Below are positions 16,315 to 23,131 of a stretch of DNA of 25,073 nt, piece by piece (position 1 is the first letter of the stretch; each line of letters opens with the position of its first letter). A model generated the notes under the pieces. It ran no database searches and had not been told where the DNA came from. It was given only the letters and a program-made list of their open reading frames with translations. The position numbers and the translations under genes were made by a program. The stretch is from positions 1 to 25,073 of IMG/VR virus record IMGVR_UViG_3300049186_000050. The stretch is one strand, 5' to 3'. The DNA comes from a virus. Taxonomy: Duplodnaviria; Caudoviricetes.

Positions 16315-17292
16315 CTATCTCTTCATCACCGAGAGCTTCCACAATCCGCGCGCAATGCTCAGCACTGCGTCATCAGGCACCCACGCCTTCGCCGCGAATT
16401 GCACAGTCAACGCATCTCGTAAAAGCAGTGCCCCGCCGCCCACGATCAACACCTTCGCAAAACGACGATGGCTCTGCCCCCAGACCTTCTCGATCTCACC
16501 GTTCACTTCGCGCGCCCATACCGGCATTGCCTGCTTCAACTCACCGTTCAACCGGCCCGCCCGCAGCTTCGCATCCAACTCACCCAAACTGAAGAAGCCT
16601 TCGCGGTTGATCAACTCCAACAACCGCCGCACACCCAGCGTATTCCCACGCGTAAAGCGTTCCAGCGCCCCGCGTTCCTTCACCACCAACAACTCCACCG
16701 TATTGAAGCCCACGCTGATCACGCCCACCTCATCCAACAAAGCGGACCCACGCTCACCGATCATCTGCCCGCGATGGTCCAACACATAATCGAACAGCGC
16801 GCCCACCGGCTGCGAAGTCTGCTTCACATCCTCCACCTCGATCGTATGTGTGATTCCATCCGCCTCGAACTGATGCTTGCCCTTCAACCAGCCCTTCACT
16901 GCCTTCTGATAATCCTTCGCCATATCGCCCGTCATCATCTGCAGCGGCAAACCCACCATCAAATTCAACGGCTCATCAAACGGACCATGCTCCGCCTGGT
17001 ACTGTGCCAAAGCTGAATACAACAACACCCGCATTTCAGGCGCACCCGTCAACCGTTCAAAGTCCAAATTCTCCACCGGTCGCCCGTGCTCATGCGCCCC
17101 ATCCCCCACATAAAACGACCCAAACTCACCGCTGATCAACATCGGGCGCTTGCGATTCTTCAAACCCAAGATCCCATCCGAAAGATGACCATGCCCATTA
17201 CTTGCCACCTGGCTCACCAACTGCCAGCCCCCCGGCGTGCTCCACAACTTCAACGCACCCATACCCATATCGAAACCAAAATTGATAGCCAT
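16315..17292 (-). CDS. parM: ParM/StbA-family actin-like ATPase
   Basis: ATG at 17292 with AAGGAG RBS (325 aa); phosphate-1 GFDMGMGALK, LMVGLP, SQPVGA, phosphate-2 VISVGFNTVEL, adenosine motif LIVGGGA. Confidence 0.88.
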   Translation of the reverse strand: MAINFGFDMGMGALKLWSTPGGWQLVSQVASNGHGHLSDGILGLKNRKRPMLISGEFGSFYVGDGAHEHGRPVENLDFERLTGAPEMRVLLYSALAQYQAEHGPFDEPLNLMVGLPLQMMTGDMAKDYQKAVKGWLKGKHQFEADGITHTIEVEDVKQTSQPVGALFDYVLDHRGQMIGERGSALLDEVGVISVGFNTVELLVVKERGALERFTRGNTLGVRRLLELINREGFFSLGELDAKLRAGRLNGELKQAMPVWAREVNGEIEKVWGQSHRRFAKVLIVGGGALLLRDALTVQFAAKAWVPDDAVLSIARGLWKLSVMKR

Positions 17293-17315
17293 TTCATTAC
17301 TCCTTTTTTTGTCTG

Positions 17316-17350
17316 TCCCCTCTCCCATTGGGAGAGGGCTAGGGTGAGGG
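17316..17350. repeat. REP-like palindrome (upstream of parM)
   Basis: CCCTCTCCCA-T-TGGGAGAGGG followed by CTAGGGTGAGGG. Confidence 0.8.
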
Positions 17351-17369
17351 AGAAACTCCCTCAAAAAAA

Positions 17370-18224
17370 TTACGATTTCAATTTATAGACTCGGTCAGCA
17401 TTCGCCTTCATCAACTGCGTCTGCTCCAAGTCCTTCAACGCATTCGCGACCACATCCGACGCTCCAACCTCTCCCCCTAAATTGCGCTCGCCCAATTGGG
17501 GGGATGCCGAAGGCAGGGGGGTCTTACCTTGCGCCTTCACCACTGCCTGCATCGCCGCGCTCATCTCAGAAGACACCCCGTCAGGGTACCCCTCCCCATC
17601 CAACCCAAACCGATGTCTGATCGTATCCACATTCCACGGTGGCAGAAAATGCGGTGACTGATTTCCATAAGCCTCGGTGCACATCAACTTCTGCTTCATC
17701 AAAAACAGCAGCTCGTCATATTGCTGATAATCCGTCACCAAACCATCCGGGTCAAATTTCGTCGAACCTTCCGCCAACAACCGCTTCGGCATCAGCGTTC
17801 CATTCGAATGATCCAGCACGAAATCCACGAAGCCCGCATGCACGTTCGGAGCCTCATCCAACACCCAATCCACCAACTCCTTATGCGGCACATACTTAAT
17901 TCGCCACAGCGTCCGACGATGCACCAGCAACGCCTTCACTGCTTCCGGGTGCATACCCTTCGCCGCCTCCATCATCCGCACTTCCGGCGTCGAATTCTGC
18001 ACGAAGCGAATATTGGCATAAACATTCGCCCAATGATCAGCCACATAGGCCCAGGCATTTACCAGCGCAGCCACCAACAACACCGCCGCCAAACCCAGCG
18101 GCACCATCGCCAGATCCTGCCAGCTTTCCTCAGCCATCACCCAGCTATGCCACCACACCAGGCATGGCGCGATCAACGCCGCAGGCACCATCCACTTCCA
18201 ACTTCGCGGGCGATCAAACATCAT
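17370..18224 (-). CDS. Membrane-anchored hypothetical protein
   Basis: ATG at 18224 (ATGA overlap, AAAGGAGG RBS); two N-terminal hydrophobic segments and a soluble C-terminal domain. Confidence 0.75.
   Translation of the reverse strand: MMFDRPRSWKWMVPAALIAPCLVWWHSWVMAEESWQDLAMVPLGLAAVLLVAALVNAWAYVADHWANVYANIRFVQNSTPEVRMMEAAKGMHPEAVKALLVHRRTLWRIKYVPHKELVDWVLDEAPNVHAGFVDFVLDHSNGTLMPKRLLAEGSTKFDPDGLVTDYQQYDELLFLMKQKLMCTEAYGNQSPHFLPPWNVDTIRHRFGLDGEGYPDGVSSEMSAAMQAVVKAQGKTPLPSASPQLGERNLGGEVGASDVVANALKDLEQTQLMKANADRVYKLKS
17468..17521. repeat. REP-like palindrome, variant type (inside CDS)
   Basis: CTCCCCCTAAATTG...CAATTGGGGGGA followed by TGCCGAAGGCAGGGGGG. Confidence 0.6.
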
Positions 18225-18604
18225 CCACCTCCTTTGCACATCTCGCGCCACTCATCATCCACCAACACCGCATACTGCGCCGCGTGGATCTGATTAATCA
18301 CCTCCGCCCCTATGCCTGCGGGATGATTGTTCTGCACGGCCACGTCCAACGCGGAAAGCAGCGCATCCTTCTCCACGCCCGAAGTGGGCAGTGCCAAAAT
18401 AGCATCCAACTTCGCCTGTGCCAATTCATCTGGAAGATATACATTCGAACACATCAACCCCTGCTCGAACAAATACCCATGGTAGGCATCCTGCGCCTCC
18501 ACCGAATCACTCGCATGCTGATGCAGCTCCACAAACTCTTGCTTCTGCACTGCCTGCCTTTGCTCCTGCCTTTGACCAAACAACATCACCAAAATACCTT
18601 TCAT
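18221..18604 (-). CDS. Hypothetical protein
   Basis: 127 aa; AAGGAG RBS. Confidence 0.7.
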   Translation of the reverse strand: MKGILVMLFGQRQEQRQAVQKQEFVELHQHASDSVEAQDAYHGYLFEQGLMCSNVYLPDELAQAKLDAILALPTSGVEKDALLSALDVAVQNNHPAGIGAEVINQIHAAQYAVLVDDEWREMCKGGG

Positions 18605-18614
18605 AGCAACTCCT

Positions 18615-18686
18615 TCAATCTCGTGAAATCACCACGATAAAACCCAACAACAACAACGCACCGATCATCACCAACACATTTTCCAT
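18615..18686 (-). CDS. Possible 23-aa single-TM peptide
   Basis: Own translation MENVLVMIGALLLLGFIVVISRD; fills the gap between flanking genes. Confidence 0.4.
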   Translation of the reverse strand: MENVLVMIGALLLLGFIVVISRD

Positions 18687-18689
18687 AAC

Positions 18690-18980
18690 TCACTTCACCT
18701 TCCCGCAGCACCTGCATATCGCCACCCGGCGTGTCCGGCCCACAATCACATCATGCCCGCGCACCCCAAAACAACCCAGGCAATACCGCGCCTCGCCATA
18801 CACTCGCACCACCTTGAACGGGCTTCGCGGAGCATGCACACCCCACTCACCCTTCACCAGCGCCAAAAACTGCAAAACTGCGAGGCTTGCCCCCTCTCCG
18901 TGGCAGGGAGAGGGCTGGGGCGAGGGCTGATTACCCCTAGCAGTGGAAGCCTTGCTCTTATTTTTGAAAAAATCATCCAT
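18690..18980 (-). CDS. Zinc-ribbon hypothetical protein containing a REP-derived segment
   Basis: ATG at 18980 with GGAG RBS; YCLGC and ICRCC pairs. Confidence 0.55.
   Translation of the reverse strand: MDDFFKNKSKASTARGNQPSPQPSPCHGEGASLAVLQFLALVKGEWGVHAPRSPFKVVRVYGEARYCLGCFGVRGHDVIVGRTRRVAICRCCGKVK
18890..18926. repeat. REP-like palindrome (inside CDS)
   Basis: CCCTCTCC-GTGGCAG-GGAGAGGG followed by CTGGGGCGAGGG. Confidence 0.75.
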
Positions 18981-19006
18981 ATCTACTCCGAAATTTGTCT
19001 GACAAC

Positions 19007-19308
19007 AGTGAACATCAATGTTCACTTAGTGAACATCTCAAGCCTGACATCTTCACCATACATAGAACAGGCTTTCTATAATTAGATATATATATATACT
19101 TACAAAAATAGATGTTCACTTTGCTTCACTTTTCACTGACTATCCGCAAAAAACATAGGTTTTTGGCGTGGTTTGGCGGGGTCTCCCCGCCCACTTCTGG
19201 GTAAAAATACCCGGTGAACATCGGTGAAGAACTTTTCGGGGGTTGCACACCCCGAAAAAATTTTTCTCAACAGTAGAAAGTGCCAAAAGATGTTCACCGA
19301 TCTTCACT
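19007..19308. repeat. Iteron-like array of RGTGAA(C/G)ATC motifs in both orientations with an AT tract
   Basis: Copies at 19007-19016, 19017-19026 (inverted), 19028-19037, 19111-19120 (inverted), 19213-19222, 19223-19230, 19289-19298 and 19299-19308 (both inverted); (AT)n at 19086-19098. Confidence 0.8.
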
Positions 19309-19689
19309 TTTCTCTGAAATTGCCAACTCCAAGGCTTTTTCAGCTACTTTTTGCATGTCTTGACCATATCCCCATGGATCTCCCTCGCTATACCAATCAG
19401 GGAAAGGTCCAAATACTCCAGTTATCTTTTTCCCAATGGAAATGAAATCTCGAAGGCGAATAACCAAGTCACGCAATGTTCCACCTTCACTGAAGCCATG
19501 CCAACGGCCACTGATGAAGTGTGTATAAATTCTTGCCTCTCGATAAGCATCAATAAACCAAATCCGCCCACGCTGATCAATCTCAAAATGCGAAATTCGT
19601 CCATTGTGCGCAAAGAATTTTCTACCGCATCCAGCAATCAAAGCAATTAGCTCGTTTGCTTTATTCAGTCGATCTTGTTTTTCGCTCAT
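19294..19689 (-). CDS. Conserved hypothetical phage protein
   Basis: ATG at 19689 (ATGA overlap); GRIWFIDAY...WHGFSEGGTLRDLV..LRDFI..G motif; AT-richer than its neighbours. Confidence 0.7.
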   Translation of the reverse strand: MSEKQDRLNKANELIALIAGCGRKFFAHNGRISHFEIDQRGRIWFIDAYREARIYTHFISGRWHGFSEGGTLRDLVIRLRDFISIGKKITGVFGPFPDWYSEGDPWGYGQDMQKVAEKALELAISEKSEDR

Positions 19690-21554
19690 GATGTACCTTC
19701 CATTTCGGTGTTGTGCCAATCGTCACGCATCTTCTTGATCCCATCCGAACTGCCCATCACGTTGATCATCGCAGCCCGCGTCATGCTCCCGCGTTCCTTC
19801 CACTCCACGGCCCAGCGCTCGCACAAGCCCTTAACTCTTTCCAACTCCAACTCCATATTCACGTAATTCGTCCCCTTATATTGCGGTATGCCATCCGTGC
19901 TGCGGATCGTCTTCAAATTCAAATAAGTCTTCATCGTGTGCGCCAGCTTCCGGCTTTTGGCTTTGAAGCGTCCGCCTTTGGCACCGTCCTTTTCATCATG
20001 CTCATCTTCATCCCCCTCCCCCATCTGCTTATTTTGCGCATCCACGATCAGGTTCGTCGCCTCGCTGATATCCTTCAGGTAAATGCGGTCCGCATCTTCC
20101 GGTCGCTCGCTCACCGGTCCCCACGCCCACGCCAGGATGATGCCTTCCAGCACGCGTGCGGTAAACGTTGCATAACGTTCGCCCTTGCGTTCCTCGGTCA
20201 CGTTCTTCAAATACGCGCGCACCAGATCACGTCCCGCTTCACTCTTCATCACCGTCAACAAACTCACCGTCACCTGCGCCGTGCGCGAATCCATCGCCCG
20301 GTCTACCGAACCCAGATCCACCTGGCAATCCTTTTGCATGTTGTGCATCATGTATGTGAAGAGCGCATTCCGAATGCCCAAACATTCCTTCTCATACACT
20401 TCCACCGGCGGCAGGTCCAACGGGATGCGCGGATGTGGCTGCACCGGCACCATCTCCTTCGTCAAACAGCGTGAGGCAGTCGCCTGGTCCTGAAAATCCT
20501 TGCGCATCCCGATGATCTTCGGACCAAACACATCGAACGCCGCCGCATCGAAGTTACCCAGCGCATTCTTTTCAGATCTCAGAATCGGTTGCCCCTTCTC
20601 ATTGCCACCGTTCAAGATCTTCGCGATCATCGAAGCCTCATCACTGTTGTTGAAATCCGCTTCATCCAAAACCAGCGTGCTATTCGTGAACAGATCCAGA
20701 ATGCGGAACAAAGAAGATGCGCTCGAACCTGCATTCGTCATGATCGGCTGATAACAAATGGGACCGATCGTTTTCAGCAACCGGCTCTTGCCCGTGCCAT
20801 AGTCACCCAGCGCCCGCAGATAAGGCACCGTGCGAAACTGCCTCGCCAAATACGTGAAGAACGGATAGATCATGCACAACTGTTCAAAAGTCTCATCCGT
20901 CCCAAAATCGAAATAGCGTGAATTATGCGCCTTGATCGCAAACAGCAGCTCACCCTCATTGCTCAGCTCACCCAACTCCGAAGGCAGCAGAATGACTCTT
21001 TTGCGGATGATGTTGTTCGCTTGTATCGGCATATACTTCCGATTACCGATCTTGACTCTTTCCAAACGGTCTTCCACATGCCCATCTGGGAACCGCACCG
21101 CAAAAAAAGTCTTATCTTCATCCGGGTCATATTCCAACCCGATGAAATGCTCGAACAACCATCCGCCCGTGATGTAAATGGGCTCATCATCGTCTTCACT
21201 TTTCTCGTTCTTTTTCTTGCCCCCTCCGTTCAAATTCTTCAGGCGCTCAGTCCATTGCGAACTGCGGATGCGCAAAGCCTCACACAACGGTTCCTTGAAG
21301 CCCGCCCGATCATCCGGTGTCAATTGCGCCACCCCATTCTTGAAGAAATCGTTCATCGCATCGACTTTCTCAGTCGAATTCTGGATCTCTCCGATTTGCT
21401 CAGCCCAATACACGATGAACGGCTTCGCATTCTCCAGCAAGGCCTGCGCATGCCGCGCCTGCTCATCAGGCGAAATGCCCTTCTTCACCCATTCCTGCAA
21501 CTGTGCATTGGCGTCCTTGACCTTTGCATCTTTGACAGAACTATTCTTCGCCAT
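19686..21554 (-). CDS. Primase-associated P-loop NTPase (putative replicative helicase)
   Basis: ATG at 21554 with GAGG RBS; Walker A GDYGTGKS, Walker B LVLDEAD, ILNGGN, and ATASRC arginine finger; overlaps the end of the primase gene. Confidence 0.8.
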   Translation of the reverse strand: MAKNSSVKDAKVKDANAQLQEWVKKGISPDEQARHAQALLENAKPFIVYWAEQIGEIQNSTEKVDAMNDFFKNGVAQLTPDDRAGFKEPLCEALRIRSSQWTERLKNLNGGGKKKNEKSEDDDEPIYITGGWLFEHFIGLEYDPDEDKTFFAVRFPDGHVEDRLERVKIGNRKYMPIQANNIIRKRVILLPSELGELSNEGELLFAIKAHNSRYFDFGTDETFEQLCMIYPFFTYLARQFRTVPYLRALGDYGTGKSRLLKTIGPICYQPIMTNAGSSASSLFRILDLFTNSTLVLDEADFNNSDEASMIAKILNGGNEKGQPILRSEKNALGNFDAAAFDVFGPKIIGMRKDFQDQATASRCLTKEMVPVQPHPRIPLDLPPVEVYEKECLGIRNALFTYMMHNMQKDCQVDLGSVDRAMDSRTAQVTVSLLTVMKSEAGRDLVRAYLKNVTEERKGERYATFTARVLEGIILAWAWGPVSERPEDADRIYLKDISEATNLIVDAQNKQMGEGDEDEHDEKDGAKGGRFKAKSRKLAHTMKTYLNLKTIRSTDGIPQYKGTNYVNMELELERVKGLCERWAVEWKERGSMTRAAMINVMGSSDGIKKMRDDWHNTEMEGTS

Positions 21555-22764
21555 TGCTCGCCTCGTTGCCTTCACCGCTCACTGTTGACTGTTTACTGTT
21601 GCCTTCTCTTGGCTTCAACTGTGTCATCTTCACGATCTGCGTCCGCGGTCCCAGCAGCTTCGCAGCCCAATGCACAACCTTTTGCCCGGCATCATCGTCA
21701 TCCAAATGTAAATACACAGCGGGATGCTTCTTAATGTAGCCAGCCAGCTTTCGCAAACGCTCACCATCTTCCGGTGCCATGCGTTCGGGGTCCCCCAACA
21801 ACCCACAGAAAGCCATCGCGCCCTGCCCCCACTGCCCCCACGTCACCGCATCGCCTTGCCCTTCCACCAAAACCAACGAGCGATCCACGCGCTCCACATG
21901 GTTGAAATAAGCCTGCTTCGGACCTGCCAACAGCTTATAAGGGTTGAACGATTTCCATTCACGCGCTTTCCCTTCGGACTCGCGCAGCGCCCCCTTGGGG
22001 GTTATCTTGTCGAAGCCTGGCAAATGTCTGCGGCTCAAATACTTCACCCCACCCTGATGTTGATGGGCATAGATCAAGCCTGGCACATCCATCAAGCCAT
22101 GAATGCGACCCTTTGAGATCCATTCAGCATCAAAGTCTTCATGCCCACGCACGTCATACTTGAAAGCCCACGCTTCCACATCCCCTTCGAACCCCAGCAC
22201 CGCCACCGCAGCTGGTGAAAGCAGATCAATGCCATACAGATTGAACTCACCCTTCATATCCTTATATTGTTCAGCACTCTTCCGCCCGCTGAACCCGATC
22301 AACGCCGCCTTCATAGTGTCCAATGACCAACCGCGTCCCACCGCGTAAGCCAGGGCATCTTCATCCTTCATCATTCCGCCTTCATCATTTCCGATGAGCC
22401 ACCGCTGAAAAACGTGCGCCGCCACCGAAAATACATCCGCAGCAGCACGTTTCTGTTTAACTTCACTCTCGTTCACCTGGCTGAATCGCGGCATATCGAT
22501 GTTTGCCCGTCTCGCCAGGATGCTCAGCGCCTCATTGAACTCGATGCCCTTCTCACGCATCACCCAGGCGAACACATCCCCATTCCAGTTCTGCGAATAC
22601 CAAAAAATACGTTGCATATCCGTTCGCACCTTCATCGAATCGTGCTGGGCGCTCGTCCGCAAACGACCATGCCCACGCAGCTTGATCCCACCCTCCTCCA
22701 GCACATCCTCGATTGGGTTTGCATCCCGTACTTTCTCAACGAAATCTTCAAAATGTTCTGCCAT
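21541..22764 (-). CDS. DnaG-like primase (Toprim) with a degenerate CHC2 zinc-finger domain
   Basis: 407 aa; Toprim LVLVEGQGDA and YLHLDDDDAGQK; N-terminal GDVFAWVMREKGIEFNEALSILA; YAVGRGWS. Confidence 0.85.
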   Translation of the reverse strand: MAEHFEDFVEKVRDANPIEDVLEEGGIKLRGHGRLRTSAQHDSMKVRTDMQRIFWYSQNWNGDVFAWVMREKGIEFNEALSILARRANIDMPRFSQVNESEVKQKRAAADVFSVAAHVFQRWLIGNDEGGMMKDEDALAYAVGRGWSLDTMKAALIGFSGRKSAEQYKDMKGEFNLYGIDLLSPAAVAVLGFEGDVEAWAFKYDVRGHEDFDAEWISKGRIHGLMDVPGLIYAHQHQGGVKYLSRRHLPGFDKITPKGALRESEGKAREWKSFNPYKLLAGPKQAYFNHVERVDRSLVLVEGQGDAVTWGQWGQGAMAFCGLLGDPERMAPEDGERLRKLAGYIKKHPAVYLHLDDDDAGQKVVHWAAKLLGPRTQIVKMTQLKPREGNSKQSTVSGEGNEASNGEE

Positions 22765-22777
22765 AAGCCATCACCCG

Positions 22778-22799
22778 TTTTACAGATTTTTTACAGATT
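22778..22799. repeat. Tandem 11-bp direct repeat TTTTACAGATT x2 upstream of the primase
   Basis: Read directly at 22778-22788 and 22789-22799. Confidence 0.7.
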
Positions 22800-23131
22800 T
22801 TTCCTAACTATTCGAGCCATCCCGCCACGGGTAGCCCGTCCAAATCAGACCACGATCCCCGAGCACCCCACCCCCCTACCCCTTCCTGCTTATGTGACAG
22901 ATACCTATGCCCCTGCGCTCCAATCTAACCGCCAATAACATGCTCATACCCAGCCTTTGTGTCACATAATGCCCATTTGCTGACACTCAGCCGCGTTTCC
23001 CACAGCGCCCACACCCACGCCACATAATGCATATAAAAAGTGAACATTACGATTCTTTCTTCTACTGATAAATAACAGGTGGCGCGCCGCATGCTGACTG
23101 GGTAGCTGCGCTGTGAGTTGATCTGGCATTC

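Noticed and set aside
17293-17364. N-terminal extension of the ParM-like ORF (MREFLPHPSPLPMGEG...)
   Set aside because: It is the translation of an intergenic REP; a strong RBS precedes ATG 17292 and the actin motif starts there
18981-19025. N-terminal extension of ORF 18690-19025
   Set aside because: Runs through the iteron palindrome; a better RBS and ATG are at 18980
19086-19098. (AT)n tract as a phase-variation switch
   Set aside because: Short, non-coding and better explained as an unwinding element within the repeat array
19007-19308. Possible CRISPR array
   Set aside because: Repeats are only 8-10 nt, in mixed orientation and irregularly spaced; no cas genes
22962-23129. 55-aa minus-strand ORF starting just after the MTase stop (MPDQLTAQLPSQH...)
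   Set aside because: No recognisable motif or clear RBS and it overlaps a repeat-rich putative regulatory region; cannot be supported as a gene
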